Source: a bacterium (GTDB taxonomy: Bacteria > Auribacterota > UBA6266). Taken from it: DNA of 56,399 nucleotides. The stretch covers positions 1 to 56,399 of the forward strand of contig JAQUNG010000002.1 in NCBI GenBank assembly GCA_028717725.1, in the 5' to 3' direction. Position numbers and translations under genes: made by a program. Shown here in pieces: positions 8,845 to 17,785 of the stretch. Under the pieces are notes generated by a model. The model was not told where the DNA came from and did no database searches. It saw only the letters and a program-made list of their open reading frames with translations. Each line of letters begins with the position of its first letter. Positions within the stretch are counted from its first letter, which is position 1.

Positions 8845-10134
8845 TTATTCCGATACGCTTATTGTCTTGCTGTAGGTGGAAGCATTCCCCTTATCATCTT
8901 CCGCAAGGACATATACCCTGTAAATCCCGCTTTCGGAAGGCGCTATTATATCGACAACAAGCCCGCTGCCTTCAATCACTATCGGGACTTCTTCGTTCAC
9001 ATAATGCAGTAATATCGCTTCTTTCGCGGTTGACGCAAAGTAGGAAAATTTTATTTTTCCGCTTCCGGATACGTTACAGTCGGTTTCCGCCCGTATCTTC
9101 TCGCCGGGTCGAATATTCTTATATTTGCCAAGAACGAGATTCCTGACCAAAGGAGGTTGGTTTTCAACTTTCCGCCCTGTGTAAAAACCCTGCATGCGGA
9201 GATAAGGCATTTTTTTCAGCGACCTATAATTCAGATTCCACCATGTCCCTGATTCCTGTGTGGTATCTCCAAGGTGAAAAACATATCCGCCGAGACAGTA
9301 TCCTCCGTATTTTTTTATCTGCTCCGCTAACCCCATATAAAGGTTGGACTTCAATTTGTCGGAAAGCTCAACGGATTTCATATTAACATCTTTCGCGCTG
9401 TTCCAGGGGCCGTAAGGCCCGTATTCCGTAACTATATACGGAATGTTGAGTTTTTCCGTTATCTTTTTATGTGCGGCGGACAGTCCGCCATAAACATTAA
9501 TGCCCAGTATGTCAAGGCTAGGAACATATTTTTCGATATAATCGACCGCCGTTGTGAATGAGGTAGTGTAAATCACCGGATGATTCGGGTCTATCTTATG
9601 GACGTCTTTGATAAGGTCTTCAAGAAATTTGCAGAAACCGATCCTTTCTTCTTCGCTTTTAGTAAAAAAAATAGTTTCGTTGCCGAGATTCCAGAAAAGT
9701 ATCGCGTGGTTGTTCATATTCTTCCTGACATAATCCAATGCGGCTTCCCTGCTTTCGGCAACATACTTCCCGTCGGTTATATAACTGCAACTGCCGTCCT
9801 CATATACCCTGTTGAACCATACTCCTGCGTCGACAAGAAGACCGTATTCGCACGCTTTTCGCAGATATTCCGGGTTTCCCTGGTCCGTGCCCCATGTCCT
9901 CACGGAATTCGCTCCCATTTCTTTGGCCATAAGAAGGTAATCGGTGCCGTCCTCCCCCTCGGCTCTGCCGACACCAACGCCTTTTAAATCAAAATCTTCG
10001 CCGTTTACCGTTAATCTCCAATTGCCTTTAGAGCCCTCTATCTTCACAATATTGCCCGGACTATCTTCATTGCCGCAGGAAGAACATCCCGCAAACAGAA
10101 GAAAAGCCAGAGCGCTTAAATATATAGACTTCAT
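8845..10134 (-). CDS. Clan GH-A (beta/alpha)8 glycoside hydrolase lipoprotein with C-terminal Ig-like domain
   Basis: WNLGNE (acid/base) and IVTEYG (nucleophile) motifs, lipobox FAGC. The ATG at 10134 has an AAGGAG RBS 6 nt upstream. Confidence 0.7.
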   Translation of the reverse strand: MKSIYLSALAFLLFAGCSSCGNEDSPGNIVKIEGSKGNWRLTVNGEDFDLKGVGVGRAEGEDGTDYLLMAKEMGANSVRTWGTDQGNPEYLRKACEYGLLVDAGVWFNRVYEDGSCSYITDGKYVAESREAALDYVRKNMNNHAILFWNLGNETIFFTKSEEERIGFCKFLEDLIKDVHKIDPNHPVIYTTSFTTAVDYIEKYVPSLDILGINVYGGLSAAHKKITEKLNIPYIVTEYGPYGPWNSAKDVNMKSVELSDKLKSNLYMGLAEQIKKYGGYCLGGYVFHLGDTTQESGTWWNLNYRSLKKMPYLRMQGFYTGRKVENQPPLVRNLVLGKYKNIRPGEKIRAETDCNVSGSGKIKFSYFASTAKEAILLHYVNEEVPIVIEGSGLVVDIIAPSESGIYRVYVLAEDDKGNASTYSKTISVSE

Positions 10135-10169
10135 AATATTCTCCTTTTTCAATATAATAACATTTAAAT

Positions 10170-10679
10170 ATGGGTAACCTCAAACATCTTATAAAAACAA
10201 GAAGAAGCGTCCGGCGGTTCAAAAAAAGGCCTGCGCCCCGGAAAATACTGCTTGAAGTAATAGAAGCCGGCATCAGAGCTCCCAGCGGACTGAATAATCA
10301 GCCGTGGAAATTCCAAATCGCAACCGAACCCGGCCTGAAAAATCTTATTTCAGGATTTACCCTCGACAAATACTCAAAAATAATCCGCGAAGCTCCGGCA
10401 CTTATCATGGTATACCTCGATAAACAAAAAATTTACGACAGGGATAAGGATATAATGTCCGCCGGGGCGTGCATAGAAAATATGCTTCTTTTCATACATT
10501 CAAAAAAACTCGGCGCCGTCTGGCTGGGAGAAATACTCAACAGGAAAAAACAGCTCCAGAATAAAATGCGCAACCGGAAGAACCTCGAACTTGCCGCCGT
10601 AATAGCGCTCGGTTATCCCGATGAGAAACCTAAAAACCCGGGAAGAAGAAAATTGTCATCGTTTCTGCTAAAATGTTAG
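10170..10679 (+). CDS. Nitroreductase-family protein
   Basis: TRRSVRRF...APSGLNNQPW signature. Confidence 0.8.
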   Translation: MGNLKHLIKTRRSVRRFKKRPAPRKILLEVIEAGIRAPSGLNNQPWKFQIATEPGLKNLISGFTLDKYSKIIREAPALIMVYLDKQKIYDRDKDIMSAGACIENMLLFIHSKKLGAVWLGEILNRKKQLQNKMRNRKNLELAAVIALGYPDEKPKNPGRRKLSSFLLKC

Positions 10680-11764
10680 CCGGCCGCTGAAGCGGCAAAC
10701 CTGTAGTCTTTGCCTCTTTTCGGTGTCTTTTTCCTGTGTTCCGTGCCGAACAGGAAAATAGGATTTTTCATATATTCAAGCGCGTCTTCTATCATAGCTT
10801 CCACAAAATTGGCATATGTCCATCCCGCGGCCTTTATTTGTTTTATGGCTCCCGCGTCAGGGCTTATATCGGGATTTGGGTTAACGTCTATGACATAGAT
10901 GTTGTTTCTGGCATCCATACGGAAATCCACACGCGCATAGCCTTTTTTAATAATCGTGTCGAATATTCCCGAACAGGCTTTGAATATCTTCCTGTTTTGG
11001 GCATTTGTTATATCTGCGGGACATATATGCACCGTGGATTTATATTCCACGCTGTCCAAATTCCATTTTGCGTCATACGAGATGATTTTATATTTTCTGT
11101 TATCGGGATACCTGAATTCTATCTCTGATACCGGAAATATTTTAGTCCCCCCTCTGGTATTTATCAAAAAACAGTTGAACTCCCTTCCGTCAATATATTC
11201 TTCCGCAATTAATCCGTCGGAATAAATTCCCAGCAACGCGCCGAGTTTATCTTTCGCTTCACGCGGCGACTCAAAAATGTTCTGCTCCGAAATACCGGTG
11301 CTGCCGTCCTCGCTGAGAGGTTTGACAATAACAGGATATCTCAATTTTACCACGCTATCAAAATGCGACGGATTTTTAATTTCCGCCGCCCTGGGACATT
11401 TTATGCCCATATCTTTCAGGAAAAACCTGTAATTATACTTATTCAGGCAAAGGCCCAATGCCAGAGGAGGAGTCCCCGTATAAGGAATTTTTAAAAGTTC
11501 CAGAAGAGTAACTACATTCATTTCGAATTCCGGCCTTCCGAACACACTCTCGCACAGGTTAAAAATCACATCCGCCCGGCTTTTATGAATATTGGCGACC
11601 ATTCCCTGAATATCATTGTTTATATCGATTTTCAAAACCTCGCAGCCTATCTTGCCAAGGGAGTGTTCAACCGCATCGATATGGTTGTATATATATTCAC
11701 TGCTCATCCCCGGTTCAAGATCGGCAATCAGGTCGGGTTCGTTAAAAAGAAGCGCTGCTCTCAA
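10676..11764 (-). CDS. D-alanine--D-alanine ligase-like ATP-grasp enzyme (paralog 2)
   Basis: ATP-grasp layout (...VIVKP..EDGSTGI...EEYIDGREF...VDVNPNPD). TTG start with an AGGAG RBS. Overlaps the upstream paralog by 23 nt. Confidence 0.75.
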   Translation of the reverse strand: MRAALLFNEPDLIADLEPGMSSEYIYNHIDAVEHSLGKIGCEVLKIDINNDIQGMVANIHKSRADVIFNLCESVFGRPEFEMNVVTLLELLKIPYTGTPPLALGLCLNKYNYRFFLKDMGIKCPRAAEIKNPSHFDSVVKLRYPVIVKPLSEDGSTGISEQNIFESPREAKDKLGALLGIYSDGLIAEEYIDGREFNCFLINTRGGTKIFPVSEIEFRYPDNRKYKIISYDAKWNLDSVEYKSTVHICPADITNAQNRKIFKACSGIFDTIIKKGYARVDFRMDARNNIYVIDVNPNPDISPDAGAIKQIKAAGWTYANFVEAMIEDALEYMKNPIFLFGTEHRKKTPKRGKDYRFAASAAG

Positions 11765-12764
11765 CTTTTTCTCCTATATTATATCTTCTGACGGCATTCT
11801 CTATTATTTTTCTGATTACATCTTCATGCTTTATCCCGAGTTTTTCAGCCATTATAATTAAGTCGCTGTATTCGGGGGAAAGTCCGGGCAAAGGATTTAT
11901 CTCTATAAAATAAGCGTTTAGCTTGCTGTCTATCCTGAAATCCATCCGCGCGATATCCTTACAATGAAGACAATCGTAGGCGGCTAACGCCATCTTCTCG
12001 ATTTTTGTGGCTACTTTCTCTTCAAGCTCGGGGGGACATGTATATTTCACAAGCTTTTCATAATCTCTTTTTACTTCCAGAGAATAAATAAAATCATTCC
12101 TGGTATCCTCTTTAAAACCTATTTCCATCATTCCAAGGATTTGAGGAGGGTTATTCCCGACTACACCCACGGTAATTTCCCGTCCTCTTATAAACTGCTC
12201 TATCAGCACGGGTTGGCCCGAATAATTTTTAGACACCCATTCGACCTGGGTTTTAAGCTCGCCGAAATCATCCACTTTTGAATTCATTCTTATGCCTTTG
12301 CTTGAACCCTCCCATGCGGGCTTGACTATCAGGGGAAATTCCGGAAGATTTTCCGATTTCAATTCCGACACATCCGAAATAACCAGGAATTCGGGAGTGT
12401 TGACTCCGTACGACTTGACAACGTGCTTGGTCATGGATTTGTCCAGCGTCAGGGCAAGAGTAAGAGGATCGGAATGGGTGTACGGCATTTTAAGCAGTTC
12501 AAGCAAAGCCGGTATTTGCGCTTCTCTTGCTCTTCCGTTAACACCCTCGGCAATATTAAAAACCAGCGAAAGCTCTTCATTTTTTATTTTACCTATAACC
12601 TGTTCGCCTCCGCCCAGCTTAACCGCGTCATGCCCCATCTTTGTAATAGCGGCGGCTATCGCGTCTACGGTCTTTTCGCTGTCAAATTCCTCAAGAGCGT
12701 CTTCCGTTGTCAATACCAGATTTTTGAAATCCGTTTTTAAGTTATACGTAATTCCTATCTTCAT
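11742..12764 (-). CDS. D-alanine--D-alanine ligase-like ATP-grasp enzyme (paralog 1)
   Basis: MKIGITYNL..., LIVKPAWEGSSKGI, EQFIRGREITV, FIEINPLPGL. The ATG at 12764 is preferred over the GTG at 12797. Confidence 0.75.
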   Translation of the reverse strand: MKIGITYNLKTDFKNLVLTTEDALEEFDSEKTVDAIAAAITKMGHDAVKLGGGEQVIGKIKNEELSLVFNIAEGVNGRAREAQIPALLELLKMPYTHSDPLTLALTLDKSMTKHVVKSYGVNTPEFLVISDVSELKSENLPEFPLIVKPAWEGSSKGIRMNSKVDDFGELKTQVEWVSKNYSGQPVLIEQFIRGREITVGVVGNNPPQILGMMEIGFKEDTRNDFIYSLEVKRDYEKLVKYTCPPELEEKVATKIEKMALAAYDCLHCKDIARMDFRIDSKLNAYFIEINPLPGLSPEYSDLIIMAEKLGIKHEDVIRKIIENAVRRYNIGEKVESSASF

Positions 12765-12811
12765 ACCAGTACACTCACTTTTAATTTCTGTGTTCACCGG
12801 AAACGGGCTGG

Positions 12812-13939
12812 TTAAGGCTCTATGTATTCATATCTGTCGTTGCGATAATTTTTAAGCGTCCACTTCTTGCCTTCATGCCCAACCACATAATTGGGAGAGA
12901 CAGGTATTTTACCTCCACCGCCGGGAGCGTCAATGACATAAGTGGGAATCGCGTAGCCGCTGATAAAACCGCGAAGATTTTCGATTATTGAAACTCCTGT
13001 CTTAACCGAGGTCCTGAAATGCGCAGTTCCTTTTGCGGGATCACACTGATAAATATAATAAGGCCTAACTCTATTTTTCATAGCCTTAATAAAAAGTTCT
13101 TTCATTATTTCCGGCTTGTCGTTTATTCCTTTTAAAAGAACCGTCTGGCTGCCGAGCACTATCCCCGAATCCGCAAGCATATTCAGAGCCTTCTCTACAT
13201 CGGGCGTCAATTCCCGGGGATGATTTATGTGTATGCTCATCCATACCGGATGGTATTTTTTCAACATCGATAAAAGCCCCTCATCAATCCTCATAGGGAG
13301 GAATATAGGGACTCTGGTCCCTATCCTGATAACATGGATATTCTCTATCCTGCTTATACTGGAAAGAATCATTTCCAGTTTATCTTCCGCGAGTGTCAGA
13401 GGATCTCCGCCTGAAATCACCACATCCCTTATTTGCGGGTTGCCGGATAAATACTTCACTATTTTATCCATCATTTTCGCGGTAAGGACATGTCTGGAAC
13501 TGCCTGCCAGTCTTTTACGGGTACAGTGCCTGCAGTATGAAGCACATTCGTCGGTAGCGAGAAGCAGGACCCTGTCCGGATATCTGTGAACCAGGCCGGG
13601 CACAGGACAGTCTTTTTCCTCAGCGCACGGGTCTTCATAATCAAATTTAGAGGCAATCCCTTCATTGGCTGTCGGGATACATTGTTTTCTTATAGGGCAA
13701 TCCGGGCTGAAAGGGTCTATAAGACTCAAAAAATAAGGTGTTATGCCAAAAACCAGCCTTTCTGTTAAATCAAGCCCTTGTTTTTCTTCCTGAGTCAAAT
13801 GCACATACTTCGAAATCTCTTCTGTTGTCGTAATCCTGTTCTTAAGTTGCCATTTCCAATCATACCAACGGGATTTTTTCACCTTGTAAGAAGCGGAACC
13901 TTCGGACGATATAGATTTCGCCGTGCCGTCTTTTTTCAT
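12812..13939 (-). CDS. KamA-family radical SAM aminomutase (lysine 2,3-aminomutase-like)
   Basis: CASYCRHCTRKR cluster motif, PGGGGKIPV PLP-lysine region, typical about 375-aa length. Confidence 0.85.
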   Translation of the reverse strand: MKKDGTAKSISSEGSASYKVKKSRWYDWKWQLKNRITTTEEISKYVHLTQEEKQGLDLTERLVFGITPYFLSLIDPFSPDCPIRKQCIPTANEGIASKFDYEDPCAEEKDCPVPGLVHRYPDRVLLLATDECASYCRHCTRKRLAGSSRHVLTAKMMDKIVKYLSGNPQIRDVVISGGDPLTLAEDKLEMILSSISRIENIHVIRIGTRVPIFLPMRIDEGLLSMLKKYHPVWMSIHINHPRELTPDVEKALNMLADSGIVLGSQTVLLKGINDKPEIMKELFIKAMKNRVRPYYIYQCDPAKGTAHFRTSVKTGVSIIENLRGFISGYAIPTYVIDAPGGGGKIPVSPNYVVGHEGKKWTLKNYRNDRYEYIEP

Positions 13940-14259
13940 TTTTTCCCTTCTACTTCCTTGGCTATGGATTTACCTCCGCTTTGCGCGAGCGAAGATTCTT
14001 TCTGCATCTCCTTTTGTTTATGTTCTTCCGTTTTATCTATGTTATCGGGCTGACGTGATTCATGCTTTTCGATTATTTTTCCCTTTTTTTCCTTCATCCA
14101 TTCCAGAATCTCTTTTCTGGAATATCTATACTGTCTCCCCACTTTTGAAAATGGAAACTTTTCGTTTTTCCTGAGTTTCCATAATGTAGTCCGGGAAATC
14201 CTTAGAAGCTCCCTGACTTCTTTCTCATTCATCAACTCTTTTTCTTTACCCTCAACCAT
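13936..14259 (-). CDS. Excisionase/MerR-like HTH_17 DNA-binding protein with K/E-rich tail
   Basis: EVRELLRISRTTLWKLRKNEKFP...YRYSRKEILEWM. The ATG at 14259 has a GAGG RBS. The stop overlaps the kamA-like start (4 nt). Confidence 0.7.
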   Translation of the reverse strand: MVEGKEKELMNEKEVRELLRISRTTLWKLRKNEKFPFSKVGRQYRYSRKEILEWMKEKKGKIIEKHESRQPDNIDKTEEHKQKEMQKESSLAQSGGKSIAKEVEGKK

Positions 14260-14463
14260 AAAAAACCTCACAGCAAATTAACATTAAAAGACAATAAAAA
14301 CCCTAACAAAACCTAATAATACATTATTAAACATAATTTGTCAATAATAAACTCTAAAATACTTTGAAACACTTAAAATTACATCGACAACCAAAGATTG
14401 ATGTTCATCTTTGTTAATGTATGATTAAGAAGAGATGTATTGTGAAAAAATGCTTATTAACAG

Positions 14464-14516
14464 CAAAAAAAATCCCCCCGCAGTCTTCGCATACAAAGCG
14501 CTATCCGCGGGGGGAT
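14464..14516 (-). terminator. Rho-independent terminator after the speH-like gene
   Basis: On the minus strand atccccccgc...gcggggggat is followed by tttttttt. Confidence 0.6.
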
Positions 14517-14521
14517 ATATA

Positions 14522-14923
14522 TTACCTTCTTTCGAAAATCCTCTTAACTACCTTTTTCGCTCCGAAGAATTTTCTTGTGAACTCCGCTGCTTTTTCCGGG
14601 TCATATTCGCCGCAGGAAAATATATTTATGTAAGATGTGCCCGTATTCTCAGAAAAGTGCCCCGTAATCGAGCTGGTTTCTATAAACTGAAGAAGCGAAT
14701 ACCCCGCCGTATGCTCGTTGTTCAGGCCAAAATACGGCGTCATACATTCCCCATACTTCTCCATTTTCAGAAGCTCGCACAACTTGTCGACATATTCTCT
14801 TAATTTAGCCTCGGACTTTATGACCTGAAGATTGCAGTCATAAAGGTCCAAAATTGTTTCAACCCCGAATGCGACTTTTTCTGCGGCAGTTTTAACAATC
14901 TGTTCTTTAACAAGCTCTCTCAT
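14522..14923 (-). CDS. speH: S-adenosylmethionine decarboxylase proenzyme, small bacterial/archaeal type
   Basis: ILDLYDC...LLQFIETSSITGHFSE resembles the pyruvoyl self-cleavage region. The ATG at 14923 leaves a 20-nt gap to the upstream gene. Confidence 0.7.
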   Translation of the reverse strand: MRELVKEQIVKTAAEKVAFGVETILDLYDCNLQVIKSEAKLREYVDKLCELLKMEKYGECMTPYFGLNNEHTAGYSLLQFIETSSITGHFSENTGTSYINIFSCGEYDPEKAAEFTRKFFGAKKVVKRIFERR

Positions 14924-14942
14924 TTTCTCTTTTTTCTCCTTA

Positions 14943-15476
14943 TCACATCGACATTGTTGGGGAGACAAAAGTCCCGTTATCGAAGTCCGGGGCTTCTATA
15001 TCGTCTCCAACTTTAAATTCCAGCATCATGCTGCCATCTATGTGAACCTTATTCAGGTTAATTTTATATTCCGAAACCACGGGGAAACAAAATATTTTTC
15101 GTAAAGTTTCAAGCATATTTTGCGGGTAAGATATACTGCGACGGGAGATATTTATTTCTGCATGATGTGATTCGGGCCGGCTGTATATGGTGAAATAATG
15201 CCGGCCTGCGGCGGCCATTCCAAAAATACGTCTGAGACGCGCAAAACCGAGGAGCTTCGTTCTCGGTAAAACCGCCACCCGAGATTTTACCGTTCCCGCC
15301 AAAACAAGTCCGGCGGGCTGAAGGTTATTAATATTTTTCGCGCCTAAAAATCCCGGAAGAAGATGTTTCGCCAAAACAGCTTTCCTCTCCCCGCAAAAGA
15401 TCCTCTTCGATTCTTCGGTTAAACCTTCCATCTTCCTGTTTTTCCTTCTGCTCTTCGGTATCGTTAAAAATCCCAC
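14943..15476 (-). CDS. Hypothetical protein (start uncertain: GTG 15476 or ATG 15431)
   Basis: Long ORF in an operon position upstream of speH. No motif I can recognise. Confidence 0.5.
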   Translation of the reverse strand: MGFLTIPKSRRKNRKMEGLTEESKRIFCGERKAVLAKHLLPGFLGAKNINNLQPAGLVLAGTVKSRVAVLPRTKLLGFARLRRIFGMAAAGRHYFTIYSRPESHHAEINISRRSISYPQNMLETLRKIFCFPVVSEYKINLNKVHIDGSMMLEFKVGDDIEAPDFDNGTFVSPTMSM

Positions 15477-15596
15477 CCCCTAAATTATCAACCGGAAAAA
15501 CCCTCTGCTCTTCCGGTATTCCGCAAACAAATCAGACAAGTTTATGAATTTTGCGGAATTTTGCAAGCATTTTTTTCAAAAAAGATCTTTAAGCGG

Positions 15597-16535
15597 TCAC
15601 ACGGCGCGCGATTCGGCGTCCCGGGAAAACAAATATTTTGTTATATATTCTTCAATGGCAAGCGCTGTTGTATATTTAGGCTCATATCCGATTATATCTT
15701 TTGCCTTTGAAATATCGGCTTCCGTAAAATTCTGATAGAAACCGTACGGATTGTCAAAGTAAACGGGTTTTCTGCCAGAATTGAGGATTTTGTTCAGGAT
15801 TTCAACTATTTCGTTGAAAGAAGTGGACTTTCCTGTGCCCACGTTTATAACGGCATTTTCTTTCGCGGACAATGCGCCTACGGTCGCGGAAACAACATCC
15901 TTTATGTAAACAAAATCCCTTCTCTGTTCGCCCCACTTAAACATCCTCGGCCTGTTGCCCTTTATCATCTGAATCGCAAGCTGGTATATCATACTTGCCG
16001 CCAGACCCTTGTGATATTCCCCCGGACCGAAAACATTAAAATACCTGAGACCTACGATCTTTAACTTCGAATAATATGTTTCGGCGAGGTTTTCCATAAC
16101 CCATTTCGAAAAACCGTATATGTTATTGGGCTTCCCCCCGTCTTCTTCTCTCATTTTCCGGTTAAAACTGCCGTATACCGCAGCCGACGAAGCATACACC
16201 ACCGGCGCCGATTTTTCGACCGCAAAATCCAATATATTCCTGAATCCATCCACATTATCGCGCATCATTTTCTTTTCATCCATAACAGTTGTGTCCGTTA
16301 TGGAAGCTATATGAAAAACGGCATCTATCTTTTTGGTTTTTACAGTTTGAATCCATTCTCCGTCGGCAACATTCGAGGCGATAACATCGCCTTTAAAACC
16401 TTCGAGATTTTTAAAACCGGATTTTCTGAAATCATCGACGACAATTATGTGGGAACCCTGAAAATGCTCCTGAAGATACAGGGCAAGATTTGAACCGACA
16501 AAACCCGCTCCGCCGGTAACAACGATATTTTTCAT
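15597..16535 (-). CDS. hldD: ADP-L-glycero-D-manno-heptose 6-epimerase
   Basis: VTGGAGFVGSN, YASSAAVYG, YGFSKW, RYFNVFGPGEYHKG..AS, RDFVYIKDV are collinear with E. coli HldD. Confidence 0.85.
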   Translation of the reverse strand: MKNIVVTGGAGFVGSNLALYLQEHFQGSHIIVVDDFRKSGFKNLEGFKGDVIASNVADGEWIQTVKTKKIDAVFHIASITDTTVMDEKKMMRDNVDGFRNILDFAVEKSAPVVYASSAAVYGSFNRKMREEDGGKPNNIYGFSKWVMENLAETYYSKLKIVGLRYFNVFGPGEYHKGLAASMIYQLAIQMIKGNRPRMFKWGEQRRDFVYIKDVVSATVGALSAKENAVINVGTGKSTSFNEIVEILNKILNSGRKPVYFDNPYGFYQNFTEADISKAKDIIGYEPKYTTALAIEEYITKYLFSRDAESRAV

Positions 16536-16665
16536 TCTTTATATTTCCTTCACCCCTTACACATCCGAATAATATAAATACATTGGATTTCAAAAAATTA
16601 ATAACATATTTAAGAAAAAAAATAAAGTCCTATTTACTAAAAAATCTTTCTGGCAAGCCGGTTTT

Positions 16666-17328
16666 TTAAATCGAGGACGCCAGACTTATTGCTTTTTCAA
16701 ATCTTTTATCATAAGGCGCCTTGACCGAAAAAGCTTCCGTCAAAGAATTCCCGGGAAAACAAAGCTCGACCGCATGCAGGCAATACCCGTCTTTCCATTC
16801 TCTTATCCCGCCCCCGTAAACGGGATCTCCCATTACGGGATGGCCCAACAGGCTCAGGTGAACCCTTATCTGATGAGTCCTGCCCGTCACCGGCTCAGCC
16901 CTGACAAGAGAAAATTTTCGGTAGCGCTCTATCACCTTAAAATAAGTCAGGGCGTCTTTAAGCAAATCCTTTTTGCAATTGTCCTTAAAATAAGAATGCT
17001 CCTTTAAAGGCGCTCTTTTTTCAACAGATTCAAAATCACACACACCGCGCACGACCGCGTGATAAACTTTTCTTACCATACGCGATTCGATAAGCTTGGC
17101 AAAAACCCTGTGACTGTCTATGTTCAGCGAAACCGCAATACACCCGCTCGTCCACCTGTCAAGACGGTTTAACAGTCTCGGATGCGTTCCTTCCGGCAGA
17201 TATTGCCTCAGAAACTGTATGAGAGTATTGTCGTTCTCTCCAAAACAGGGATGCACCACTATCGGCGCGGGTTTATTGAGGAACAGCACTCCCGATTTTT
17301 CGCAAATTATAAGTTTTGAAATGTCCAT
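16666..17328 (-). CDS. RluA-family pseudouridine synthase (no S4 domain)
   Basis: LNRLDRWTSG catalytic Asp motif and TGRTHQIRVHL motif. The ATG at 17328 is preferred. Confidence 0.8.
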   Translation of the reverse strand: MDISKLIICEKSGVLFLNKPAPIVVHPCFGENDNTLIQFLRQYLPEGTHPRLLNRLDRWTSGCIAVSLNIDSHRVFAKLIESRMVRKVYHAVVRGVCDFESVEKRAPLKEHSYFKDNCKKDLLKDALTYFKVIERYRKFSLVRAEPVTGRTHQIRVHLSLLGHPVMGDPVYGGGIREWKDGYCLHAVELCFPGNSLTEAFSVKAPYDKRFEKAISLASSI

Positions 17329-17407
17329 AAATAAAAATCGCACAAAATAATACAACTAAGAACTGATTTTTGCAATAATATAACATATTGGAGCTTCGGT
17401 GGTGGCG

Positions 17408-17710
17408 ATGAAAAAATCGGTATACGCGAAATGCCCTGTTTGCGGATCAATGATCGAAGTCAACGCGGAAAATGGTTCCGTGATAAGGCATTTCAAACCC
17501 AAAGAAAATAAGGACGGCGAAGATTCTCTCTCAACAGCCCTGAAAGAGCTGAAAACCCGGGAAACAAAGCTTGAGGAAGCCTTTTCGAAGGGAAAAGACA
17601 CCGAAAAAAATAAACCCGACAGACTGGAAAAAATATTTAACGAAGAGAAAGAAAAGGCGCGGAAAGAAAAAGACATTAAACCCGGCCTGAGAGAAATAGA
17701 CCTTGACTGA
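17408..17710 (+). CDS. Small zinc-ribbon protein with K/E-rich tail
   Basis: CPVCGSMIEV... followed by a charged coiled region. The antisense S/F-rich ORF is judged spurious. Confidence 0.55.
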   Translation: MKKSVYAKCPVCGSMIEVNAENGSVIRHFKPKENKDGEDSLSTALKELKTRETKLEEAFSKGKDTEKNKPDRLEKIFNEEKEKARKEKDIKPGLREIDLD

Positions 17711-17722
17711 AAACATTTAAAT

Positions 17723-17764
17723 AGTTGAGCAGAAAGAAAGTTAAGACTATTGAACTGCTGCACT
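17723..17764. repeat. Phased-octamer imperfect palindrome (AGTTNNNN family), copy A
   Basis: AGTTGAGC AGAAAGAA AGTTAAGA ct ATTGAACT GCTGCACT. The outer arms ttaaatagttgagcag/ctgctgcactatttaa pair at 14 of 16 positions. Confidence 0.5.
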
Positions 17765-17785
17765 ATTTAACTTGATAATGGTTCT

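Noticed and set aside
12292-12855. 187-aa plus-strand ORF
   Set aside because: It is antisense to the ATP-grasp and KamA genes. Ser-rich low-complexity translation.
17356-17763. 135-aa minus-strand ORF
   Set aside because: Its S/F-rich sequence is the antisense image of the K/E-rich zinc-ribbon gene, and it has no start context.
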